The notes beneath the pieces are model-generated. The model did not search any database and had not been told where the DNA came from. It saw only the letters and a program-made list of their open reading frames with translations. From contig CAVTZP010000002.1 of the NCBI GenBank assembly GCA_963739245.1, forward strand, positions 633 to 64,632: 64,000 bases of DNA. Direction: 5' to 3'. Of the stretch, positions 47,602 through 57,291 are shown in pieces; the first letter of the stretch is position 1; each line of letters starts with the position of its first letter. The translations under genes and the position numbers were made by a program. This DNA comes from an uncultured delta proteobacterium. Its GTDB lineage: Bacteria; Chloroflexota; Dehalococcoidia; Dehalococcoidales; BS750m-G39.

Positions 47602-48177
47602 ATGATACCAATTATTTCTTTTATTGGCAGTTCCGGTTCAGGTAAGACTACTTTGCTTGAAAAAGTGGTTACCGAGCTTAAAAAACGCGGCATCAGGGTT
47701 GCCGTCATTAAACATTCGCATTATGGCGACCTTGGCTTCGACAAAAACGGTAAGGATAGTCAACGTTATACAACAGCCGGGGCTGAGGTAGTCATTGTTA
47801 GTAGTCCGCAGGAAATAGTCTTCATGAAAAAGACAGATCATGATCTATCACCCGATGAGATTACACGCCTTATTGATCCCGATATTGACCTTGTTCTCAC
47901 CGAAGGTTTTAAAAGTGCTGGTACTTTTAAAATTGAAGTACACCGAAAGGTACTGGAATCAGAGTTGCTGGCAAAGCCAGAGCAGCTTCTGGCGGTGATA
48001 ACTGATGAACCGCTCGATATTCAGGTTCCCCAATTTGATGTAATGAAAAATAATACCGTCGAAATCGCTGATTTAATCGAAAAATGGCTGTCAGGTCAGC
48101 CCAAAAGAGACATTGAACTTGTAATCAATAAAGAATTCGTTGAATTAATAAAGAAAAGCAAGGCACTAAAATTGTGA
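47602..48177 (+). CDS. mobB: Molybdopterin-guanine dinucleotide biosynthesis protein B (copy 1, short C-terminus)
   Basis: G.SGSGKTTLLEK, IKH, GKDS, D..L.EGFK, KIEVHR. Confidence 0.9.
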   Translation: MIPIISFIGSSGSGKTTLLEKVVTELKKRGIRVAVIKHSHYGDLGFDKNGKDSQRYTTAGAEVVIVSSPQEIVFMKKTDHDLSPDEITRLIDPDIDLVLTEGFKSAGTFKIEVHRKVLESELLAKPEQLLAVITDEPLDIQVPQFDVMKNNTVEIADLIEKWLSGQPKRDIELVINKEFVELIKKSKALKL

Positions 48178-48212
48178 GAAGACTAACAGACCATAATAAA
48201 CAATTAAAAAGA

Positions 48213-49337
48213 ATGTATTCTACTAAAGATGGAAGATTGCAGGGAGAAGCTGGTTGGGCGAAACTTGCTTTCTTCTGGTTCATCTTATTTCTATCATACA
48301 AGTGCACAAGAAGGTGTAGCTATTGTTATGCTTTTAATCAAGTTGGTGATGATAATAAGATGGAAATGGATGAGAATACATTTTCAAGGTTATTAGAGTG
48401 GATCCCAGAAGTCTGGAAAGTTAATAACGTTAAAGTGAACGCCATTAGCTTTCTTGGTGGGGAACCATTATTGAGAACGGATAGAATTAAGAAAATTATG
48501 GATTCTGTCTATAAAAATACTGACGGCATGCAGGGAGATGTTTATACAAATGGTGATTTAATAGATTCTGTAAATTGGGATGACCTTGAAGATATCCAAT
48601 GGATGGTAACAAATATTACAGATATTAGTATTGAAGAACTATCGAGAAGAATGAAGATAATCAGCGAAAGGTCAAATGTTAAAGGTCAAACAATAACAGC
48701 TACCTTGGACGATTATAACTTAGAGAGAGTTCTTGATATAACAAGATTCGGAATAGAAAATGGATATCGCTTGAGATACTATAGGAATTTATACCGAGGA
48801 TTGGATACTGAATATAAGAAAATATTATTGAAGAAATATCACGAAGTATGTGATTTATTGGAAAATTATATTATTAAGGGATACGATGTCCAGACTACTT
48901 TCTTGTTTGATACTTTAATTCCTTCCTGGAATCTTGAATCTTCTCCATATCTTTGCGGGAAAAGTATTGCCACAGTATATCCCGATGGAACGGTTGGGCC
49001 ATGTCTTAGAAACCAATCATTTAAAACCGGAACAATATTTGACGCAAATCCTTTAAGTAAAATTCAATGTGACACATTTCTTTATGATTTTAGAAAACCA
49101 GACATCCCGGATGAATGTAGGGAGTGTGAATCTAAAACCGCCTGCCAGGGAGGATGCCCGTTTGATAAGTTGTTGTTGACCGGTACTACATCAGGAAAAT
49201 CTGTTGTATGTGATATACACAAAGAAATTATTCCAAGATTAAGATATTTAGATAAATTAAAAAACGATATGAAAAACCCAGTACATAGAGGTGATAAAAA
49301 TGAGATACGCAGAGACAGGATACAACCTAGAAATTGA
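48213..49337 (+). CDS. Radical SAM protein with SPASM domain
   Basis: CTRRCSYC, GGEPLL, C......PDG.V.PC, CRECESKTACQGGCP...C; start uncertain (48174 GTG or 48213 ATG). Confidence 0.9.
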   Translation: MYSTKDGRLQGEAGWAKLAFFWFILFLSYKCTRRCSYCYAFNQVGDDNKMEMDENTFSRLLEWIPEVWKVNNVKVNAISFLGGEPLLRTDRIKKIMDSVYKNTDGMQGDVYTNGDLIDSVNWDDLEDIQWMVTNITDISIEELSRRMKIISERSNVKGQTITATLDDYNLERVLDITRFGIENGYRLRYYRNLYRGLDTEYKKILLKKYHEVCDLLENYIIKGYDVQTTFLFDTLIPSWNLESSPYLCGKSIATVYPDGTVGPCLRNQSFKTGTIFDANPLSKIQCDTFLYDFRKPDIPDECRECESKTACQGGCPFDKLLLTGTTSGKSVVCDIHKEIIPRLRYLDKLKNDMKNPVHRGDKNEIRRDRIQPRN

Positions 49338-51288
49338 CCTATCCCGAGGAACCATTGAGAGGGTAGCAACTGACCCGAAATTAACCGAACTTCACCTTGG
49401 CGGGTTAGGTACCAGCGTCAAGATGCACTGGGATAGGGTTCCCCCTGAAACTAAACCATTTGATGCCGAGAATCTGCTAATATTCAGCGCCGGTCTTTTA
49501 TGCGGCACACCAGCTTTCAGCTGCAATCGTACCGTTGTTACCTTCGTTTCTCCTCAGTCGGAGTTATTAGCATATCCAATGATGGGGGGATTCTGGGCAC
49601 CAGAACTGAAATTTGCCGGTTATGACAAAGTGGTCATTCAGGGCAAGTCCCCCAAGTGGGTTTATTTGTGGATAAACGATGACAAGGTAGAAATCCGTGA
49701 TGCCTCTCATTTAAAGGGCAAAGGCGCTCTTGAAACTGTAGAGCTTATTCGACAGGAGCTGAATGAGCCGAAAGCCCAGGTGGCAGCTATTGGCCTGGCC
49801 GGTGAAAATCGGGTCTTCACGGCTTCCATCGAGCAGGGCAGGTCCAGCGCCAGCCGACTCGGAGGAGGCGCCGTTATGGGGGACAAAAAATTAAAGGCGA
49901 TAGCTGTTCGTGGAACAAAAGACGTCAATCTTGCCCGAGGGGCTGAATTCATGGAGCATATGAATGCTGTGCTGGAATATATAAAGTTCCGAAATGCAAA
50001 TCCCATTCCAAACGTAATGACCATTTTATCCGGGATTGGGTCGCCACAGGAGATGAAAAACACTGATGAGAAGTGGCACACTGAAAGTTTCATGTGGGGA
50101 AATGCCCGTGTTCGGAGAAGAGACTTCTGGACCAAGGAACACGAAGAGGAATGGACGACGACTCAATTAAGTGCGATAAAGCGGCTAATAAGTTGCTATA
50201 ACTGTCCGCAGCAATGCGGAGCATTAATTTCCTACAAGGATGTTCCAAATTACATGGCGAAATGCTTCGGGAAACTTACCTATTCAATGGCGGCCCAGGT
50301 AGACAGGCTGGATTTTAACTTTAGAATCCTTCAGCGTGCTACGGAGTATGGAGTGGACTCATTCTCAACCCCGCAAATTTTGGCCTTCGGTGTCGAGCTC
50401 TATGAAGCCGGCATTCTAACTGACCAGGACATGCCAGGATTTCCGTCCGATAACGAGGGGAGATTTTTCTGGTTGCTTGACCGGGTTGCCCGGCGGGAAG
50501 GAATTGGAGATATTCTGGCCGACGGCACTTATTGGGCGGCCAAAAAGATTGGCAAGGGCGCAGAAGTATTTGCTCATAATATCATCAAGAAACACGAGCA
50601 GCTTCCTCTCAAGCTGGGAACGCTGGATCCCCTTTATTTCCTTATGTATTCTACCAACGAGAAGATAAGCATTACCCAAATTGAAGGGAATTGGCCCCAG
50701 GCGGCTTTCCCGACGAGGGAGGAGAGAGAAGAGTTTGTAAAGGATTGGCCCCAGCTTCCTGATGAAAAGTTTAAGCAATATTTACTGGACTGGGAACCAC
50801 GGGGAGATCACGGGATACCATATTTCCCAACTCCTGAAATGTGCTGCGAAATTGTGGATTGGATGGAGACGCTGCACAACATTGATGACGCCATCGGATT
50901 GTGCGCCGGTATGGGATCATTTTGCTTAAAGCCTCCCTATCATATACACAATTACCCGAAAATAATCTCGGCGGCGACTGGGATGGATATAGATGAAGCC
51001 GGACTAAAGAAAATAGTCAGGAGGAGCCGTAATTTACACAGAGCATTTAATGTAAAAAGAGGCATGAGGAGAGCTGATGAGAAGCCGCCTGAAGACCATT
51101 GGAAAAAAAGATATCCCGAGCTCGAAGAAAAACTCCTAGATACGTATTACAAATTCAAGGGATGGAATAATGACGGTATTCCTACTAAAGAAACTTTACG
51201 GGAATTAGATTTGGGTTATGTTGCGGAAGACTTAGAACAGAGAGGGATACTAAAAAACGGCCAATCCGACCACCCCGACCATAAATAG
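49300..51288 (+). CDS. bamB: Tungsten aldehyde-oxidoreductase family, class II benzoyl-CoA reductase catalytic subunit BamB paralog
   Basis: MRYAETGY.LE.DL, MMGGFWAPELK, SIEQGRSSASR, SPQEMK..DEKWHTE, SCYNCP..C, KCF, KKHEQLPLKL; E251, H260 and C322 fall at the residue numbers I recall for Geobacter BamB. Confidence 0.9.
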   Translation: MRYAETGYNLEIDLSRGTIERVATDPKLTELHLGGLGTSVKMHWDRVPPETKPFDAENLLIFSAGLLCGTPAFSCNRTVVTFVSPQSELLAYPMMGGFWAPELKFAGYDKVVIQGKSPKWVYLWINDDKVEIRDASHLKGKGALETVELIRQELNEPKAQVAAIGLAGENRVFTASIEQGRSSASRLGGGAVMGDKKLKAIAVRGTKDVNLARGAEFMEHMNAVLEYIKFRNANPIPNVMTILSGIGSPQEMKNTDEKWHTESFMWGNARVRRRDFWTKEHEEEWTTTQLSAIKRLISCYNCPQQCGALISYKDVPNYMAKCFGKLTYSMAAQVDRLDFNFRILQRATEYGVDSFSTPQILAFGVELYEAGILTDQDMPGFPSDNEGRFFWLLDRVARREGIGDILADGTYWAAKKIGKGAEVFAHNIIKKHEQLPLKLGTLDPLYFLMYSTNEKISITQIEGNWPQAAFPTREEREEFVKDWPQLPDEKFKQYLLDWEPRGDHGIPYFPTPEMCCEIVDWMETLHNIDDAIGLCAGMGSFCLKPPYHIHNYPKIISAATGMDIDEAGLKKIVRRSRNLHRAFNVKRGMRRADEKPPEDHWKKRYPELEEKLLDTYYKFKGWNNDGIPTKETLRELDLGYVAEDLEQRGILKNGQSDHPDHK

Positions 51289-51365
51289 GAGAAGCAGGCT
51301 CTAGACAACCTGAACCGGGCGGGCTCCCCGAAAAGCCATGGTTCAGCAAGCATCGAAGGCTTCGA

Positions 51366-52013
51366 TTATGAGGATTTCTTCTTCAGGAAAATCTGGACGC
51401 TTGTAATCTCTTTTACCCCCTTGAGAGATGAGGCGATAGCGGTAACGATATTGCTAATAATCTCTCTGGGGAAGATACTCAGGGATATAGGGGCGTTGTT
51501 TACACAAAGTATGACGCGTTCACTTTGTGGTTTGATAAAACCTTGCTCCAAAAGGTCGGCTAAGCCTTTAATATCATCAAGGGGGAACTGCCTGGTCTTG
51601 GTTTCCACAGGTTCGTCGGTGACTATGGCGCAAAGCTTCTTAACAGAAGCAAAGGGTGGGCCGGCTTCCTTGCGGTGAACCTCTATTTCGGGCGCATCGC
51701 CCTCTTTGAAGCCTTCACTCAGGATGATGTCATAATCCTCGCCAAGGAAGCGGGCTATCTCCTCAAGGCTAGTATCTGGGGCAATAGGTTTGATTAACAT
51801 AATCTTATCTGAGCCACTAATAATGGTAGCCTCGCTTCCAGCCTGGATGTGGCGCCAGCTATCCTTACCCGGCTCGCCAAGGGTCAGGTTTTGGCGGGTG
51901 TGCTTAATGGTAGCCACCCGATAGCCCCTTGATTTTAGCTCCTGAACCAGCTTCTCAATAAGGGTCGTTTTTCCTGATTTTGTTTTACCTATAATTGAAA
52001 CGATGGGAGGCAT
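51366..52013 (-). CDS. mobB: Molybdopterin-guanine dinucleotide biosynthesis protein B (copy 2, C-terminal extension)
   Basis: GKTKSGKTTLIEKL, TIKH, GKDSWRH..AG, EGFK, IEVHR. Confidence 0.9.
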   Translation of the reverse strand: MPPIVSIIGKTKSGKTTLIEKLVQELKSRGYRVATIKHTRQNLTLGEPGKDSWRHIQAGSEATIISGSDKIMLIKPIAPDTSLEEIARFLGEDYDIILSEGFKEGDAPEIEVHRKEAGPPFASVKKLCAIVTDEPVETKTRQFPLDDIKGLADLLEQGFIKPQSERVILCVNNAPISLSIFPREIISNIVTAIASSLKGVKEITSVQIFLKKKSS

Positions 52014-52238
52014 TGTTTATCGCTTTCGTGTTGAGTTAACGGTATGAAACCAGGGAGTTATGATAACACACTGCCAATATGCTGTCAAAGAATTGGATAC
52101 CTCTAGCCTTTTGGTATACATTTCGGTTATAATTATAGGCAACGTTTTCGGTTAAATTCGGAACCCAACCATTGAAAATCGGCATTCGATATTTGATGCC
52201 TAGAATTTAGATTCATCTGGATTAAGGGGGAATAAATA

Positions 52239-54272
52239 ATGCAGGGTACAGTCTACTTTTATTTGCTGTTCTGGGGAGTATTTATCGTGTCCTTGGGAGT
52301 ATTCATGTATCGTACCAGACAGCTATGGCAATATATGTTCCTGGGACAGAAAGAAAGCACGGCGGGCAGGCTAAGGCAGATCGTTAATACTCTAGTCTAT
52401 GTTTTCAGTCAACTTTGTCAGCTCAAAAACTTCCGCTCTAAAGACCGGGCACCTTTAGGTCATGCCTTGCTGGTATGGGGTTTCTTTGTTTCCGTACTCT
52501 TTTATTTCTTCTTTATTATACTCTCGGAAGGTCTTGGTCTAGTTGGTTTACAGGATACACAGTTCTATTTCTATTTCACCTGGATAATGGACTTCATGGC
52601 TGCCTTCATCTTCATCGGCGCGGCGTGGGCTCTCATCAGGCGGTATATCATCAGACCGGCCCGCCTTAAAGGAGAGCAGACCTGGGAGGCATTTATCATC
52701 CTCCTTTCTGTATTGGCCCATCCCGTCACCCATGTTTTTGAAGTCGGAACGAAGATTGCCCTGGGGGATGCGCCCGCGGGGCTGGGACACACCTTATTGC
52801 CACCGATTAGCGCCTGGATCAGTAACTTGTTTGTGGGAAATCCTGGCCTGGATGGATGGCATATCGGTTTCTTCTGGGCACACTGGCTCACTGTGGTCCT
52901 GGTGTTGATCCTCATTCCTTATACAAGATACATACATATTATAGCCTCCGTCTTCAATGGAATTCTGCGTAACCCCCAGCGTATGGGTACGTTGAAATCA
53001 ATTGACCTTGAAAACGCAGAGTCTTTCGGGGCAGCAAAAATCGATAGTCTTAGCTGGAAGCAAAACCTGGACTTATATTCCTGCGTGGTCTGCGGCAATT
53101 GCCAGGAGTTGTGCCCGGCTTACGCCACCGGCAAACCACTTAACCCCAAGAAGGTGATTCAAGACCTGAAAAAACAACTCTTAAAGGTTGGGCCGGTAAT
53201 ATTAAAAGCGAGGGCAAAAGGTGGAGAGGTACCGGCAGACATTAATGTCACTCTGGCAGGGAATATCGTTACCGAAGATGAGATATGGGCATGCACCACC
53301 TGTGGCGCCTGCGATAATGTTTGTCCGGTCTGGGTAGACCACATCGATAAGCTGGTAGACCTCAGGCGTAACCTCATTCTCGAACAATCTGCTATGCCAG
53401 ATACCGCTAAGGTAGCCCTTGAAAGTATTGAGAAACGGGGTCATCCCTGGCGCGGGACTACTATGACCCGTACCGATTGGACACAGGGACTTAATATCAA
53501 GACTATGTCTGAAAATGCCAATGTGGACATTCTCTTCTGGGTCGGTTGTACGGAAGCCCTGGAAGATAGGAGTCTCAGGATATCTCAAGCGTTCGCCAGG
53601 GTAATGCAGCAAGCAGGAATTAATTTTGGTATTCTCGGTACAGAAGAAAGTTGCTGCGGCGACCCGGCGCGCCGCTTAGGCAATGAATACCTCTTCCAGA
53701 TGCAGGCACAGAAAAATATCGAGGTCTTAAAGGGTTATAACGTTAAGAAGATAGTTGCCGCCTGCCCGCACTGTTATAACACCCTGAAGAATGAGTATCC
53801 CCAGTTCGGCGGCAACTTCGAGGTCATTCACCATACCGAATTCATTGGTAACCTTATTAAAGAAGGTAAGCTACAAATTAATAAAGGTGGCTACGGGAAA
53901 ATCACCTATCACGATTCCTGCTACTTAGGACGGCATAACGAGATTTACCAGCCTCCCCGGCAAGTACTGAAATCTCTACCTGACATCAAGCTGGTCGAAA
54001 TGGAGAATAATAAAAAACGTGGCTTTTGCTGCGGGGGTGGCGGCGGCCAGATGTGGATGGAAGAGCGCATTGGTACCCGTATATCCGAAAACCGGATGGA
54101 CCAGATAATTGCCACCAGAGCTGACATGGTAGCCACCGCCTGTCCTTACTGCCTACAGATGTTCGATGATGCCATCAAAGCCAAACAGGTTGAGGAAAAG
54201 CTGAAGGTAAAGGATATCGCCGAGATTATTGCCGAATCAGCTCAGACGAAGAGAAAATGTGCCTTCCTCTGA
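52239..54272 (+). CDS. Membrane-bound heterodisulfide-reductase-like (HdrE/D, FadF-type) Fe-S oxidoreductase
   Basis: N-terminal TM helices with His; CVVCGNCQELCP, CTTCGACDNVCP; two CCG domains (SCCGD, FCCGGGG). Confidence 0.88.
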   Translation: MQGTVYFYLLFWGVFIVSLGVFMYRTRQLWQYMFLGQKESTAGRLRQIVNTLVYVFSQLCQLKNFRSKDRAPLGHALLVWGFFVSVLFYFFFIILSEGLGLVGLQDTQFYFYFTWIMDFMAAFIFIGAAWALIRRYIIRPARLKGEQTWEAFIILLSVLAHPVTHVFEVGTKIALGDAPAGLGHTLLPPISAWISNLFVGNPGLDGWHIGFFWAHWLTVVLVLILIPYTRYIHIIASVFNGILRNPQRMGTLKSIDLENAESFGAAKIDSLSWKQNLDLYSCVVCGNCQELCPAYATGKPLNPKKVIQDLKKQLLKVGPVILKARAKGGEVPADINVTLAGNIVTEDEIWACTTCGACDNVCPVWVDHIDKLVDLRRNLILEQSAMPDTAKVALESIEKRGHPWRGTTMTRTDWTQGLNIKTMSENANVDILFWVGCTEALEDRSLRISQAFARVMQQAGINFGILGTEESCCGDPARRLGNEYLFQMQAQKNIEVLKGYNVKKIVAACPHCYNTLKNEYPQFGGNFEVIHHTEFIGNLIKEGKLQINKGGYGKITYHDSCYLGRHNEIYQPPRQVLKSLPDIKLVEMENNKKRGFCCGGGGGQMWMEERIGTRISENRMDQIIATRADMVATACPYCLQMFDDAIKAKQVEEKLKVKDIAEIIAESAQTKRKCAFL

Positions 54273-54875
54273 CTCAGCTTCGAAAGAAGGTGAGGAAGAC
54301 TTTAGAGCTTCAATAAGGACGTAGGCGGCTTGCAGTGCCTCTGTAGGGCAAAGCGGAAAACATTCTTTGCAGTTCCAGCATTCCTTGGAGGCTATCTCCG
54401 GAATGAAACTTATCTCTCGCCTTGTTCCTCTGTCGACAAAGCCGATAGCGTTCTTCTTCTTGACCTCAGCACAGTATCTAACACATAGACCACAAAGAAT
54501 GCAAAATGAGTGCTCTTTTTCAAAATGGGCTTTATTTGCTCCATACTCTTGAGCCAAATCCTGCAATACCCCGGCTTCTGGAGCATGAGCTAGCACCAGC
54601 TCCAAAAGCATTTTGCGAATTTTATCTACCTTCTCCGACCTGGTTCTTACCACCAAATTTTCTTCAACGGGGTAAAGACAGGCAGCAACGAGATTTGTCC
54701 TACCGCGAGTCTCTACTTCTACTGTGCAAATTCGGCAGGCCCCATAAGGTTCTAATTTCTCGTGGTGGCAAAGTGTAGGAATAGATATCCCCGCACTTTG
54801 GGCTGCCTCCAAAATGGTCATCCCTTCCCTGGCTTTAACTTCTCTTCCATCAATCTGTAAAATGATTTCACTCAT
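54237..54875 (-). CDS. bamI: BamI / NuoG N-terminal-like Fe-S subunit
   Basis: IPTLCHH..L.P.GACR.C.VE, CILCGLCVRYC, CWNCKECFPLCPT; position after bamH. Confidence 0.82.
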   Translation of the reverse strand: MSEIILQIDGREVKAREGMTILEAAQSAGISIPTLCHHEKLEPYGACRICTVEVETRGRTNLVAACLYPVEENLVVRTRSEKVDKIRKMLLELVLAHAPEAGVLQDLAQEYGANKAHFEKEHSFCILCGLCVRYCAEVKKKNAIGFVDRGTRREISFIPEIASKECWNCKECFPLCPTEALQAAYVLIEALKSSSPSFEAESEEGTFSLRLS

Positions 54876-56800
54876 CTTTCTTTACTCTCTCTGGCTATAA
54901 CCCTTGCTTCTTCAGGTATGGGAGACGGAACAGGCTCGCCAGAAATCTTCTTCACCGCACCAAAACGAGGGGGGCAAACTTCAAAACAAGTTCCGCACTT
55001 TGTGCATTTCTCCTGGTCGATTACATGGATCTGTTTCTTGTCACCTACAATCGCCCCGGCAGGGCATTGCCTAAGGCAAATCATACAGGCCTGGCACTTC
55101 TTTGGGTCGATATAGTACGAGATTAGCTCCTTGCAGAAATAAGCTGGGCACCTCTTCTCCTTGATGTGTGCCTCATACTCGTCCCTGAAGTAGCGTATCG
55201 TGCTTAGAACCGGGTTAGGGGCAGACCTGCCTAAAGCGCAAAGCGAGGCATCTCTTGTTACCTCGGCTAGCTCCTCCAAAAGCTCGATGTCGCCCTCTCT
55301 TCCCTTTCCTTTGGTGATATTAGATAGAATCTTAAGCATCTGCCTGATGCCTTCACGGCAGGGGACACATTTGCCACACGATTCATCACTGAGGAAGTTA
55401 AGGAAGTACCTGGCGACATCAACCATACAGGTATCTTCATCCATTACAATCATCCCACCTGAACCCATCATTGAGCCAACCTTGGTGAGTTCATCGAAAT
55501 CAACTTTCATATCCAGCTGTTCCGCGGGGATGCATCCTCCGGATGGACCCCCGGTCTGCACTGCTTTGAACTTCTTACCTGTGGGGATGCCACCACCTAT
55601 ATTAAAAATAATCTCTCTTAAAGTAGTGCCCATGGGTACTTCAACTAAGCCAGTATTATTGACTTTGCCCACGAGGGAGAACACCTTTGTGCCTTTGCTT
55701 CCTGCGGTGCCGAGACCGGCAAACCAATCAACGCCCTTGTTGATTATCTGAGGGACAAAAGCCCATGTCTCAACATTATTCAAGTTGCTGGGTCTATCCC
55801 AAATGCCCTTAATGGCGGTGTGGATATACTTCGGTCTGGGCTCTCCTACCCTGCCTTCTATTGCCGTCATCAGAGCACTCGATTCACCAGAGACGAAAGC
55901 ACCGGCTCCTTGGTGTACTTTAACAGTGAAATCAAAGCCTGAGCCAAGGATATTTTTGCCCAGGAGACCATACTCCTCAGCCTGCTTGATAGCGATGGTC
56001 ACATTCTCTACTGCTAAGGGGTATTCCTGTCGAACGTAAATATAGCCCTCGTGAGAACCAATGGCATAGGCTCCGATGATCAACCCCTCAAGAACCATGT
56101 GAGGGTTCCCCTCAAGTTCAGCTCTATTCATATAAGCTCCGGGGTCTCCCTCGTCGGCATTGACGATCACATACTTTATCTCACCGGGGGCATTGCGACA
56201 TTCCTCCCACTTTCTCCCTGCGGGAAATCCACCGCCTCCCCTCCCTCTCAGGTTAGATTTTTTCACTTCCTCCAATACTTGCTCGGGGGTCATCTGGGAA
56301 AGAACTTTGGCCAAGGCAGAATAACCACCGAGCGCCAGATAGTCATCGATGTTCTTAGGGTCAATTCTTCCGTTGGAACCCAAAACAAGCCGCTCCTGGT
56401 TCTTGTAGAAGGGAATTTCAGATTCATGAATTATCTTTTCATTGGTGTTGGGGTCGGTATAGAGTAAACGCTCTATGACCTTCTTCTCCTTTATGGTCTG
56501 GGAGACAATTTCGGGAACATCCTTAGGCTCTATCTGTAAGTAACATATTTCCTCAGGGTGAATAACTATGATAGGGCCCCTCTCACAAAAACCATGGCAA
56601 CCAGTCCTTCTAAAGTCTACCTCGGCGCTTAATCCTTGTTTTTTAATCTCCTCTTCAATACTCGCCGCAATTTCGCCGCTACCGGAAGCGTGGCAAGCAG
56701 TTCCGGAACAGAGTGTAATACAAGGCTTATTCGGGTCTCTTTTGGACAGGATTCCCTTCCTGAGTTCTTCCAATTCAGCGGGTGATTTTATCCGCGCCAT
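54872..56800 (-). CDS. bamH: BamH / NuoF-like NADH-binding FMN subunit with 2x[4Fe-4S] tail
   Basis: LRGRGGGGFP.G.KW, NADEGDPGA, G.GGPSGG, ESCGKC.PCREG, CALG, C..C..C...CP twice. Confidence 0.88.
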   Translation of the reverse strand: MARIKSPAELEELRKGILSKRDPNKPCITLCSGTACHASGSGEIAASIEEEIKKQGLSAEVDFRRTGCHGFCERGPIIVIHPEEICYLQIEPKDVPEIVSQTIKEKKVIERLLYTDPNTNEKIIHESEIPFYKNQERLVLGSNGRIDPKNIDDYLALGGYSALAKVLSQMTPEQVLEEVKKSNLRGRGGGGFPAGRKWEECRNAPGEIKYVIVNADEGDPGAYMNRAELEGNPHMVLEGLIIGAYAIGSHEGYIYVRQEYPLAVENVTIAIKQAEEYGLLGKNILGSGFDFTVKVHQGAGAFVSGESSALMTAIEGRVGEPRPKYIHTAIKGIWDRPSNLNNVETWAFVPQIINKGVDWFAGLGTAGSKGTKVFSLVGKVNNTGLVEVPMGTTLREIIFNIGGGIPTGKKFKAVQTGGPSGGCIPAEQLDMKVDFDELTKVGSMMGSGGMIVMDEDTCMVDVARYFLNFLSDESCGKCVPCREGIRQMLKILSNITKGKGREGDIELLEELAEVTRDASLCALGRSAPNPVLSTIRYFRDEYEAHIKEKRCPAYFCKELISYYIDPKKCQACMICLRQCPAGAIVGDKKQIHVIDQEKCTKCGTCFEVCPPRFGAVKKISGEPVPSPIPEEARVIARESKER

Positions 56801-56809
56801 AATTTTCCC

Positions 56810-57262
56810 CTAATCATAGTTTTTTAACACGTCTCCTGTCTTGGCTGGTACCATCTTACCGTGATACTTCCCATCAACTTCCATCACCGGTCCTAAAGCA
56901 CAGCAGCCGAGACAGTTAACAGTCTCCAGGCTAAACTTTAAATCCGAGTCCGTTTCGCCAGGTCTAATTCCAATCAGGTCTTGAACCGTGTCAAGGACTC
57001 GCGGCGCACCACGAACATGACAGGCAGTACCCATACAAATATGAATTTCATGACGTCCTTTAGGAACTAAACTAAAGGCTTTATAAAATGTAGCTATATG
57101 CTGTATCCGGCTTAAAGGCACTTGTAATTTCTTACTGACCTTCTCTAATACTTCCTTGGGAAGCCAGCGATTTTCGCTCTGAATCTCCAGTAATATTTGA
57201 ATTAGCGAATCGGCTTTGCCCTGATGTTTATCAATAATCTGCTCGATTTTACCCTCATCCAT
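56810..57262 (-). CDS. bamG: BamG / NuoE-like [2Fe-2S] subunit
   Basis: ATFY..F, C.GTACHVRG, V.CLGCC..GP. Confidence 0.88.
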   Translation of the reverse strand: MDEGKIEQIIDKHQGKADSLIQILLEIQSENRWLPKEVLEKVSKKLQVPLSRIQHIATFYKAFSLVPKGRHEIHICMGTACHVRGAPRVLDTVQDLIGIRPGETDSDLKFSLETVNCLGCCALGPVMEVDGKYHGKMVPAKTGDVLKNYD

Positions 57263-57291
57263 AGCTGCTGTCCTAACCCTCTTCTTTCACT

